A DNA stretch of 64,000 bases from contig MCFE01000294.1 in assembly GCA_002104905.1 (NCBI GenBank), positions 37,839-101,838 of the forward strand, read 5' to 3'. The translations under genes were made by a program, and so were the position numbers. Source of the DNA: Basidiobolus meristosporus CBS 931.73 (lineage: Eukaryota; Fungi; Basidiobolomycota). Shown in pieces: positions 1 to 11,504 of this stretch. The first letter of the stretch is position 1. Every line of letters begins with the position of its first letter. Under the pieces are notes generated by a model that was given only the letters and a program-made list of their open reading frames with translations, was not told the origin of the DNA and searched no databases.

Positions 1-115
1 AAGGAGCACTATGACTGCAACAATGCCTTGCTACCCTTGGCAAAACACTGAACAAGCGCCATTATATTTTATCAACTTTATTAGACTGTAAAATTAGCAA
101 AATGCCAGTGTGATC

Positions 116-1332
116 TGTTGTGTTATATTATGATTAGTTTGGGGCTTGTTCTACAATGTAGAGGCTGATCAATAATATACAACAACTTCCTGTATGCTAA
201 TACTGATATAGTTTATTGAGAGTTTGATATACCAATAGAAGATAAAACAATCAATAATTTCCTCAATCTTAGGCTCAAAATATACTGTAGGCAGTGTTTA
301 TCACTTCTACAGCAGTGTTCTGACCTTCTGTCAACTAATGGGCTTATTACTTTTATAGTAACTTTTCCTTATTTGGAAGTCACTTTCTTTTCTGAGAAAA
401 TATTTCCTCATATGGAAATTCTGAACTCCCATTTAACCTAAAGGGGTGTGTTGTAGAAGTCTCTAAAGGGGTCTTTAGACCTAAAGGGGTGTCTTTAGAG
501 TAAAGGGGCTTCTTGTAGTGGTCTATAAAGTGGACTTTACACTAAAGGGGTGCCTAAAGGGGCTTCTTTAGAGTAAAGGGGTTTCTGAATGGGGTCTCTA
601 AAGGGGTCTTTAGACTTAAGGGGTGTCTTTAGAGTAAAGGGGTTTCTTAGAGGGGACTTTTCCAACAGAAAAGTGGTAGATTCTTATAGAACCTAGATTG
701 GATTCTTGTGAGCTTTGCAGTCGCTTTACTGATGTAGTACTGATCAATGTCAGAATACTCAACAGTGCAAGTGATGCAGGGGAAGTCTTATAGCATTTAA
801 ACTTGTAATTGCAGTGTGGAGATTCTGGAAAGAGAGGCTCTCCCTTTATTTTTCAGCTGGGGAAGTCATATACATGAAAATTTTGAAGGATCAAAGTTTT
901 TGGGCGATTGCACAAGCAATACATGTGATACAAAGCTAAAATATTGCAGTGGCGCAGATCGGACATAGGCGCAGCACCTGTGAAGATTTCATGTGATTTG
1001 ATTTGCTGGTTCAAAACCTACACGCAATCAAAGTCATCATAGTAATCCTAGCAATAAGGCAAAATTTATATAATAATTGGACTCTTTTGGTCATAACTCC
1101 TTGAGTACTGCTTCAGATGAGCTGTAATTTGAAACATGTGTTGGCTACTATGTGTTCTGTATGACATAATATTCTTGGGTGGATTGCTTGTCAGGGTCTG
1201 GGCATTTGTTCTTCAAAGTTGAAAATTCTTGATCTTTCACTTGTGTGTTATGATAGCAAAAAGCAAAATAAAGAAATGAGTGCAATATTGATTTAGAGAT
1301 ATTGTAGTAATGGAATACTTTCCATTACCACA
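116..1332 (+). mobile_element. Solo-LTR-like repeat A, copy 1 (~1.2 kb, TG...CA)
   Basis: Starts TGTTG and ends ACCACA. Near-identical to 5276-6499 and, inverted, to 8340-9435. GATC lies on both sides (112-115, 1333-1336). Confidence 0.7.
437..660 (+). repeat. Degenerate G-rich tandem array (CTAAAGGGG-like units) inside repeat A
   Basis: TAAAGGGG recurs repeatedly with short spacers. The array length differs among the three A copies. Confidence 0.8.
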
Positions 1333-1639
1333 GATCCCATCGCAAGATTGTGTAGATTGTTATAATCTACCCCTTGAATGTGTAAGTTAGATCAGTTCTT
1401 AGTCAAATCCATTAGTTATATGTTTAGCCTATCAGTATATCAGTGTTATTTATCAAATCAGTAGCATTAGTCAGCAAATGACTCACCAAATCTTTGTCAG
1501 ACAGAAATAGATATATTAAATAGGATCTTATTGGGTGATGATGATGCAGCTAAATGAGTCATCATTCACAACCTATGGAATTTCAAAAAAAATCAGTTCA
1601 AGTTTTAGTGAATACAATACTAGCTAAACTCCCTATTCC

Positions 1640-3955
1640 TCTACAACTGTTATACTAAGACTTGTAACATTGGTAGCAGCAATAACCATAGTACATCTTG
1701 AGTATACTTTGATTGGTTTAGGGTAATAGTCTGGGTACTTCTGTATATGGAGAACTTAATCCTTAAGTAGTAACTGAGTTGTCCTATATCAGACATCTTG
1801 AACTCCTTAGATAGGTGGATTTAGTCTCTTCCATTGTTTCTAGGTTATTGCCGGCTTTGATAGGATCATCCATATATAGAGTTAGTAGAGCTGGGTTTGC
1901 TCTATCTGGGTTATAATGTGTACATTAGTCAGCATTACTACTTTTGGAACTCAAACATTCCAAATATGAATCTATTTTGAGATTCTAGGCCCTTGGTGAT
2001 TATTAAGACAACACATAGACTTTTTTAGCTTGCAGACCAAATGGGAGTTATCTTGCACAGCAAACCTATCAGGCTTGTACATATACATATCCTTATCAAG
2101 GTCTCCATTTAAAATTGCCTTTTTTACATCCATTTGATAAATAGAAAGCAGATATTTAATCATATTTTGACTAATCTCTGGGCAGTTTCTTGGCATATGC
2201 TGTACACATAAACATTCTTAGATGTTCTGCACCTGGACCAAGTCTATACCATGCTTCAAATGGAGTTGGATCACTAAGTATTCTGTTATTACTCCTATTT
2301 TTAAGATATATTACTGTGGCAACTGATTCAACCCAAAAATTTTAAGATAATTTTTGATCATTCATCATAGATCTTGCCATATCAATTATTGATATGTTTG
2401 TGCATTCTGCTACTCCATTTTTCTATGGGGAGTAAGGTACAGTAGTCTCTTGCTTTATCCCATGAATTTTGCAGAAGTGGATGAAGAGTTTTGAGGTATA
2501 TTATCCCCCATTGTCAGAACGTATTTTCTTGATTTTTTCACTAGTTTCTCTCACTACCAGCTTTAAACTCCCTGAGCTTAGACAGAGCTTCTTCCTTTCT
2601 CACCATGAAGTAGACCTACATGTATCTTGTGTAATCCACAGGAAAGTGGTTAAATACCTCATCCCACCCAAGGATAAATTTTGCATAGGTCCACAAAGAT
2701 CTGGGTGAAATAGATCTAGTTTTTTCTTAGTTTTTATTAACCCAGAGCTCTTGAATAGTTGTCTGGCTTGTTTCCCATATATGCCGGCTTCACAGTGCTC
2801 CAAATCAGCTGTGGTTCAATTTTAACTTCTGAAATTAGCTGATCTTATTTTTTTGAGACACTTGTCCAATGTGTGTCCTTTCCTTTTGCAGTAGTTGCAA
2901 AACAGGTTGCTGTTGCCTTTGTAAGGTGTTGGGTACCCCCTTTGTTGGCATCATTGCTTATAAAAGGATTTTCTTCTTCCATCTTATTGATGCTTGATTC
3001 TCCTAATTCTTCATCCAGATGCCATCCATATACATAATTTAAGGGCAAATACTTAGTTCTGGATTCTAAAGTTGTTACAAGGCCCTATGACTTATCTGTC
3101 AGGCTATTCAGGATGGTTACTATCACATTGTCATCAGTAGTTAGCACACCCACAGATTCCATCTCATCTACAGGCAGCATAATGCTGTTAATTAGATTTT
3201 CATTTCTTCTCCTGGCACTATCTTAGTAGTAAGGAAATTTTGTCTCAGATAAGTTTTCTTAGCAGCTGAACACAACTGGTAGGTGCCTTTTAATGCTCCC
3301 CAGGCATTCTTTGCTGTTTTTGCTCTTGATTGTTGAATTAGCAATTTGTCTTTATCATTAAGGCAATTGCAGTTAAAGGCACTTTGTTCTTTCTTTTGGT
3401 ACTTTTTTAGGCTTCCTCTCCCATGTTTTTAGGAAGGCATTCTTCTCCCATGACAATATCCCAAAGGCCTCTTTCTTGTGGCAGCATCTTTGTCTTCACC
3501 TTCCACACTTAGAAGTGTGAACCCATCCAACTTTTGAGCAGAGGAAAAGGTTTCAGTAATAGCAGTAGTAGACATTGCAGAGAATCACTACTTGGGGCTC
3601 ATATTCTGTTATACAAGTCTTGAAGATACTGGAAGTGATTTGGGAGGACCAGTAGAATATACGGTTTGCACTTAATGCTTTATTGAATGTGGAAGTAGTG
3701 TTTATATTTTGATACAGTCTTGGCATTACAAACACATGGAAGAGGTTAAGGAAGGCCCCAAGAACATGTGTGCAAAGTTTGGGGCTGCTTGGCCAACTTT
3801 GAGACTTCTCATGTTCTGGGTACATGGTATTCTGGTGGAAATGTTTTAAGTAAGTCCCAATAAGGAATTTGGTTAGTATTCCCCAGAATTTGAAGGCAAG
3901 GATCTAAGTAACTAAGTTAGGTGAATGTTTAAGTAGAATTGGAATTTTTACAACA
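1640..3955 (-). mobile_element. Degenerate, internally deleted Ty1/copia element with 5' LTR (3607-3955)
   Basis: Minus-strand fragments of copia RT (QMDVKKAILNGDLD, VCKLKKS), integrase (HPDLCGPM) and gag. The LTR is homologous to 33797-34145 and has a degenerate PBS next to it. Confidence 0.85.
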
Positions 3956-4924
3956 GTGTGTGCACTGTGCCAGGAAATTAGGATAATCTCAATCAGGTGA
4001 ATTGACAAAACCTTAACTTGACCCATTATAGGTAGTTTCCACTACCTCATATAGTGTCTATATGATGAAAGTAACTGTTCCTGAGCCTAATATAGACATA
4101 AAGTGAAGTTGTCACCATGAATTAGACTGTTGCCCAGAAATAAGGAAACCTTAGATCTACTGTGAATGACAAAACCTTAACATGACCAAAAGTGGGTCCA
4201 TTTTTCTCAAACAAGAAGCATTGGATAGCCTAGTGGGTATATATCATAACTTCAATCTGGCAGTTAGACTCAGCCCATTATTTAAGCTTATGCAAGGTAT
4301 CAAAGATGATGATTACTATTTTGATCAGATTGTACTGATTTTAGGAACATAATTGAATAGCAATGCACCTTGAATTATAAGTTACTACATCAGTTAATCA
4401 GCACAAGTGCACATACTGTTGGATAATATATTAGTCCAGTATGCAACACAGTTAAATCTTAAACACTTATTTCAGATTGCACACCCTCAGTATGTATTTA
4501 TTACTTACAAATACTTTGTTGAGTGGAAGTGTTGTACCTATTGAGTTGTAACCTTAATATTTATGCTAATTTAGTCCAATAGATCATATTTGTTGAATAG
4601 CATTCTGTCCTGGCCAAATTTCTTGTTGGGATTTACTTCAATATTGTCACCAAAGTAAAAGGTACCCAGATTATAATCTTTCTCAAAGTTGTCAAAAAGC
4701 CCCCAAACTTTGTACACATATTCTTAGGACCTTCCTTACCATACTCTATATGTTTGCTTGCTCTACTTTATCAAAAGTATAAGTATCATAAGACTAAGAG
4801 TATACCAAAGTTGTCAGCCCCCAATTGGCTCTTTGACCAACACAGAAGCTACCTGATTTGCCATCAAATATCCCATTTTACCCATTAAGCAAGTAAATCA
4901 CTGATCCTAGTCATTTGACAAGGT

Positions 4925-5250
4925 ATCAGTATTCTGAAACCTGTGTAACATAGGGATACCATATATGATATGGAAATGGTAGGGATGGTGACACAGGTTG
5001 ACCATGTGTCATGGGTACTAGCGCGGGTACTTGCCTAACATAGAAGCCCTTATAGCTAGTAATCTTACATAAAGTGAGGGGTAACTTATGCAATAAGGTA
5101 AGCAGGTGTGATAGTCAACCAGCTTATGGGATAGTACTGATCAGGTAAGACAAATGGGATAAAACTAAAATAAGTGTAGTATAGATATAGGGAAGTAGAA
5201 ATATGGGAATGAGCACATCTGTCAGTGGGTGTCACTGTCACCCCACTACA
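4925..5250 (+). repeat. Dispersed ~320 bp LTR-like repeat B, copy 1
   Basis: Inverted copy at 10562-10888. The core is bounded by TGTAACA...CACTACA. Confidence 0.6.
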
Positions 5251-5275
5251 ACACTGTTGCTAGCGGTCTCTATTC

Positions 5276-6499
5276 TGTTGTCTTGTATTATGATTAGTTT
5301 GGGGCTTGTTCTACAATGTAGAGGCTAATCAACAATATACAACAACTTCCAGTATGCTAATACTGATATAGTTTATTGGGAGTTTGATATAACAGTAGAA
5401 GATATAACTTTGACTAATTTCCTCAATCTTAGGCTGAAAATATACTGTAGGCAGTGTATATCACTTCTACAGCAGTGTTCTGACTTTCTGTTGACTAATG
5501 GTCTTATTTACTTTTATAGTAACTTTTCCTTATTTGTAAGTCACTTTCCTTTATGAGAAAATATTTCCTAATATGGAAATTTGGAACTCCCCTTTAACTT
5601 AAAGGGGTGTGTTGTGGAAGTCTCTAAAGGGGTCTTTAGACCTAAAGGGGTGTCTAAAGGGGTTTCTTTAGAGTAAAGGGGCATCTTATAGTGGTCTATA
5701 AAGTGGACTTTACACTAAAAGGGTGCCTAAAGGGGTTTCTTAAAGGGGTCTCTAAAGGGGTCTTTTGACTAAAGGGGTGTCTAAAGTGGTGTCTTTAGAG
5801 TAAAGGGGTTTCTCAGAGGGGACTTTTCCAACAGAAAAGTGGTAGTTTCTTGTAGAACTTAGATTGGATTTTTGTGAGCTTTGCAGTCTCTTTACTGATG
5901 TAGTACTGATCAAAGTCAGAATACTCAACAGTGCAAGTGATGCAGGGGAAGTCTTATAACATTTAAACTTGTAATTGTAGTGTGGAGATTCTGGAAAGAG
6001 AGGCTCTCACTTTATTTTTCAGCTGGGGAAGTCATATATATGAAAATTTTGTAGTATCAAAGTTTTTGGGCGATTGCGCAAGCAATACACGTGATACAAA
6101 GCTAAAATATTGCAGTGGCGTAGATCAGACATAGGCGCAGCACCTGTGAAGATATCACGTGATTTGATTGGCTGGTTCAAAAGTTACACGCAATCAAAGT
6201 CACCATAGTAATCCTAGCAATAAGGCATAGTATATATAATAGTTGGACTCTTTTGGTCATAACTCCTGAAGTACTGCTTCAAATGAGCTGTAACTTGTAA
6301 CATGTGTTGGCTACTATGTGTTCTGTATGATATAATATTCTTGGGTGAATTGCTTGTCAGGGTCTGGAGCATTTGATCTTCAAAGTTGGAAATTCTTGAT
6401 CTTCCACTTGTGTGTTATGATAGCAAAAAGCAAAATAAAGAAATGAGTGCAATATTGGTTTAGAGATATTGTAGTAATGGAATACTTTCCATTACCACA
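5276..6499 (+). mobile_element. Solo LTR, repeat A copy 2, with 4-bp TSD ATTC
   Basis: TGTTG...ACCACA flanked by ATTC at 5272-5275 and 6500-6503. This copy defines the element boundaries. Confidence 0.75.
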
Positions 6500-6942
6500 A
6501 TTCTTCCTCTTGAAGCTCACCTTCTGTTTCCTCAAGGCATCCACTTACTCTCTGTCTAATACATTATAACTGTTGCCTGGATGAGTCCTGTGTATATTGT
6601 TCTTGAAAGCAACTTAGCTCTACTAATATATCATATAATACATTAGTCAGTTGAGGCAAAATTGTATTCAAAATATCTTTGGTTCTCAAAGTTGAGGCAC
6701 AAACCAATGTATCTGGCCTGTACTGAGCAAACTGTGCTCAAAATTGTTCCTGCCTGACTTTCTCATTAAATCCTATCCCTCTCAGCTCATTCTTTATTTC
6801 AATACTGGTCTTGTTATATATCTTCTTACATACAACCGCTGGCATCTTGATGTAGAACTCATGCCACAGCTTTCTACTCAGGTTCTTCCATCTCTGTTGA
6901 CTCTCTGAGGTATCTAGTTGAGCTAGATTAATGAGTAGTGCC

Positions 6943-7561
6943 TGTTGTGCATCAACATTTAAAACTTGAGCAATTTCATTCTGTTAGAAAATCTAGTACC
7001 CTAACTGATTTTCCCTAACCCAAACATAACTAATCCCAGTTATGGTTTATTTTATCACTTCTCAGAATCTATATTTAGCAGTCACACCTGATTAATTTTC
7101 ATGTGGTCATTACGTACTCAACTGATCTGCTAAGCCTTTTCAAGTAATTATTCATCTGATATTTATCCAACTGCTTAGCAGTTGTCAAGACATCAGGTGA
7201 CTAATGATGCAACTTTTCATTTATCTTATGCACCTATCAACACCCCAACAGATCTCAGTTAGTCCAGTCTCTTGGTGCTTACTAATGCAACTCAATCAAA
7301 AAGTATAAATAAGGTTTACCCAACCTTTTGGTTTAGTGTGTGTCTCTACAAAATTAAGAATTCAACAAATCCATTCTGGTTTCTACCCAAGCTTAGCATA
7401 TCTAGCACTCTCAAGAACACCAAGCCTAGCCTGCAGAGCAAACCTACTCTGTTGCCTTTATAAGCCCAACTCAGCTATATATAAGACCAATATTAAACCA
7501 GAACCTCTCTGCTAATATTTCTGGCACTCTTGACAATTTAAAATTCTGCACTTAGTTGTCA
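6943..7561 (+). mobile_element. Solo LTR of the chromovirus family found at the telomere
   Basis: Begins TGTTGTGCATCAACATTTAAAAC and aligns along its length with the reverse complement of 59784-60424, which follows the pol stop/PPT. Confidence 0.8.
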
Positions 7562-8339
7562 CTTAGGTTGAGTTAACTCATTCAAGAGTTTTATTACACT
7601 TTTCTCTTGGATACAACAGTGCCCAAATATCTGTATGAAGGCTCATAATAGACACTTGGGCCATACTTGAATCATTTTGTAAAAACTCAAACAGATCCAA
7701 CATCAACTTTTCCAGTCCAGACTGTGCTTGTGGGCTGGGGAATGGATTTTTTCTGGGTTGTACTAACAATGAGTCAAGACTTAGTATAGGAACCATAGTG
7801 ATGGATATGGATACTTATACAGTAGTGTATTGGCATCAACCTAGTCTTATATGAGATAAATATGAAAACTAATGTGATTGTTGAGTTTTCCATATATTAT
7901 GCATGATGCATCTTGGATTGCATTGACACAGATCAGATCACATCATTTGCAGATTTCCTATTTAATTATAGACTTGTGAGTAAACAACAATAAAGATACC
8001 AAGGCATTGTTTGGGGATGTTTTTGTGACATACTGATGGGATACATAGCTAGTATTGTATTCACTAAAACTTGAACTGATTTTTTTTGAAATTCCATAGG
8101 TTGTGAATGATGACTCATTTAGCTGCATCATCATCACCCAATAAGATCCTATTTAATATATCTATTTCTGTCTGACAAAGATTTGGTGAGTCATTTGCTG
8201 ACTAATGCTACTGATTTGATAAATAACACTGATATACTGATAGGCTAAACATATAACTAATGGATTTGACTAAGAACTGATCTAACTTACACATTCAAGG
8301 GGAAGATTATAACAATCTACACAATCTTGCGATGGGATC

Positions 8340-9435
8340 TGTGGTAATGGAAAGTATTCCATTACTACAATATCTCTAAATCAATATTGCACTCATTTCT
8401 TTATTTTGCTTTTTGCTATTGTAACACACAAGTGAAAGATCAAGAATTTCCAACTTTGAAGAACTAATGCTCCAAACCCTGACAAGCAGTCCACCCAAGA
8501 ATATTATGTCATACAGAACACATATTAGCCAACACATGTTTCAAATTACAGCTCATTTGAAGCAGTGCTTAAGGAGTTATGACCAAAAGAGTCCAATTAT
8601 TTTATAAACAATGTCTTTTTGCTAGGATTACTAGGGTGACTTTGATTGCATGTAACTTTTGAACCAGCCAATCAAATCATGTAAAAGTCTTACAGGTGCT
8701 GCGCCTATGTCCGATCTGCGCCACTGCAATATTTTAGTTTTGTATCACATGTATTGCTTGCACAATCGCCCAAAAACTTTGATCCTTCAAAATTTTCATA
8801 TATGTGATTTCCCCAGCTGAAAAATAAAGGGAGAGCCTCTCTTTCCAGAATCTCCACACTATGATTACAAGTTTAAATGTTATACAACTTCCCCTGCATC
8901 ACTTGCACTGTTGAGTATTCTGACTTTGATCAGTACTACATCAGTAAAGCAACTGCAAAGCTCACAAGAATCCAATCTAGGTTCTACAAGAATCTACCAC
9001 TTTTCTGTTGGAAAAGTCCCCTCTAAGAAACCCCTTTACTCTAAAGACACCCCTTTAGACACCCCTTTTGGTCTAAAGACCCCTTTAGAGACTTCTACAA
9101 CACACCCCTTTAGGTTAAAGGGGAGTTCCAAATTTCCATATTAGGAAATATTTTCTGAGAAAGGAAAGTGACTTCCAAATAAGGAAAAGTTACTATAAAG
9201 TAAATAAGCCCAGTAGTCAACAGAAGGCCAGAACACTGCTGTAGAGGTGATATACACTGCCTACAGTATATTTTGATCCTAAGATTGAGGAAATTAGTGA
9301 AAGTTATATCTTCTATTGGTATATCAAACTCCCAATAAACTACTCCAGTATTAGCATACTGGAAGTTGTTGTATATTGTTGATTAGCCTCTACATTGTAG
9401 AACAAGCCCCAAACTAATCATAATACAACACAACA
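8340..9435 (-). mobile_element. Repeat A copy 3 (inverted), interrupting the Harbinger region
   Basis: Reverse complement of 116-1332 with a shorter G-rich array. GATC on both sides. Adjacent 8046-8339 also matches 1333-1626 in reverse complement. Confidence 0.75.
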
Positions 9436-9439
9436 GATC

Positions 9440-10377
9440 CCTTGTTAAGCTTCTCTGCTATTATAAGAGCTATTGCCCCACAAGGTTTCAACCCACCATC
9501 CCTGGCAGCAAAAGTCCTAGATGCTTTCATTTGCAGCTGACAGCAATGGAGAACCACCTTGCAGAGGGTATGAATGACTTAGAGCAAACTTGGAGTACTA
9601 GGTTCAGAAGCCCCAGTAGACTTCCATATCCCCAAGTGTTCAGCAACAGGTTCCATATAAGAGGTATACTGGATACCTTCCCAGTCAGGATTAACAGACC
9701 TTCTAGAGGGCAGAAGCACTTTTATTCTTGCAAAACAAGGCACACTGTGTGTAGTTTCAAGCACTGTCTGACATTGATGGTTGCATCATCTGGTTTGGTA
9801 GGCCATTTGCTGGAAGTAGGCATGACAAAGCACTTTAGGTAGAGAGTTATTCAGAATTCAGTAGAGGGGAGAAATGTATGGCATACTTAGCTTATATAGG
9901 AGAGGATTGTCAGAGATTAGGATGTATTTCAGCTTATAGGAAACCAAGGAATGGTGTGCTTAGCAGGAAGCAGAAGCTCTACAATCAGATAATGAATCAT
10001 CTCAAAGTGAGGGTAGAGCATACATTTGAATATCAAAAGAGATTCAGCATACCGGCAGGTAAATAGAGAGGAAAGTCATATAGAGGAGAAAACAGTAGAG
10101 TAGGTAAGATAGTTAAGATACTTATCAATGCACAGTACATTTGTACAAGAAGACATCCACAGAGAGAAATGTGTCTGGAGCATTATGAAGAGTAAATAAA
10201 GCAAGGAAAGCACTACTCTGAGCAACATAAGTAAGATTGAGTAAATTGCCAGTAACTATATCCTACCACTGGCATTATGGTAGAAGTTATAGTGACAGAT
10301 GGAGCCATAGAGTGCCAGATCAATCAAGCACCATAAACAGGCTGGCACTATGTGGCACTATCACATGGGCCAAGTCT
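9440..10377 (+). pseudogene. PIF/Harbinger (DDE_Tnp_4-type) transposase relic with right TIR
   Basis: Frameshifted motifs ILDTFPVRINRPSRGQKHFYSCK, DIDGCIIWFGRPFAGSRHD and KPRNGVLSRKQKLYNQIMNHLKVRVEHTF. A TIR-like ATGGGCCAAGTCT at 10365-10377 is followed by ATT. Confidence 0.75.
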
Positions 10378-10561
10378 ATTTGCCTACCCACTACTACCTT
10401 GGGTATTCCACATATAGTTCAAATCAAAAAAAACTATGGCCTCCTGCTTAATAACCTCTACAAATGCACACACCTGCTACAATTGACATACTTCTATAAC
10501 CTCAACTTTATGGCTTCTTAGTGTGATACTTGCAAAGCTGCCATATACCTTGTACTGCCGG

Positions 10562-10888
10562 TGTAGTGGGGTGGCAGTGACACCCACTGACAGATGTGCT
10601 CATTCCCTTATTTTCTACTTCCCTATATCTCTACTACACTTATGATTGTTTTATCCCATTTGTCTTACCCAATCAGTACTATCCCATAAGTCAGTTGACT
10701 ATCACACCTGCTTACCTTATTGCATAAGTTAGCCCTCACTTTATGTAAGATTACTAGCTATAAGTACTTTGATATTGGGCAAGTACCCGCGCCAGTACCT
10801 GTGGCATATGATCAACCTGTGTCACCATCCCTACCATTTCCATACCATATATGGTATCCCTATGTTACACAGGTTTCAAAATACTGAT
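10562..10888 (-). repeat. Dispersed repeat B, copy 2 (inverted)
   Basis: Reverse complement of 4925-5250 with scattered substitutions. Confidence 0.6.
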
Positions 10889-10889
10889 T

Positions 10890-11500
10890 CCTGATTGGTT
10901 GGATGTGCTGTGCCTCTTAAACCCTTCCAGCACCTACTTGGAACATTCTTGGGTCATTCTGATGTCATTAAGATTTCTATTGATATCCAGAGCCTTCTAG
11001 AACACCATGATTAGTAATCACTTAGCCAGTGAGAAGAGTATATAAGGGAGGCTATCCCTCTACAATAAATCATCATCTCTTTTATCAATATTCCAACATG
11101 TTGATTAGTGTGATCACTGCTGACTGCTGCTACCTGAACCTCCAACCCTAGACCACAGGACACTTCCAGGAAACTGCGCTGACAGCCAACTGACCTTGGA
11201 GGCACTACTTGTGAGGAATACTCAGAGTAGGTATCTTTTATTATATTTGATTCTTTCCCAAGTTTGTTCTTGTACAGGTAAAGATACTTTTCTGTCTTTG
11301 TAACTATTGACCACAGCTGCATTCTTATTAAGTCCCTGCTGGTGGAGTTTACAGTTGTTTTGACTTTGGAAGCTTTAGTACATTGTCATCTCAAAGGATG
11401 CTGAACCCAGCACATACTTTTGTTATGACACCAACTAAGTTGGGGATTGTAGCTCAATAGTTTTCCCTTGACAAGCTTGTGGCTTTATTCCCCTTCACAT
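10890..11500 (+). mobile_element. Diverged LTR/leader fragment related to the gypsy leader at ~15400-15990
   Basis: Shared colinear blocks, e.g. AAAGATACTTT, AGCTGCATTC, GTTTACAGTTG, TTGGAAGCTTTAGTA, AAGTTGGGGAT. Confidence 0.5.
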
Positions 11501-11504
11501 TAGA

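Noticed and set aside
437-660. CRISPR-like array
   Set aside because: Units are short and degenerate, there are no unique constant-length spacers, and the context is eukaryotic.
6500-6940. Degenerate minus-strand frame (RKLWHEFYIKMP...)
   Set aside because: Several stops and no family I can name; probably a transposon remnant.
7640-7980. Left TIR of the Harbinger element (AGACTTGT at 7970, ACTTGGGCCAT near 7654)
   Set aside because: Only partial matches and no ATT flank continuing the CMC arm, so the left end cannot be placed.
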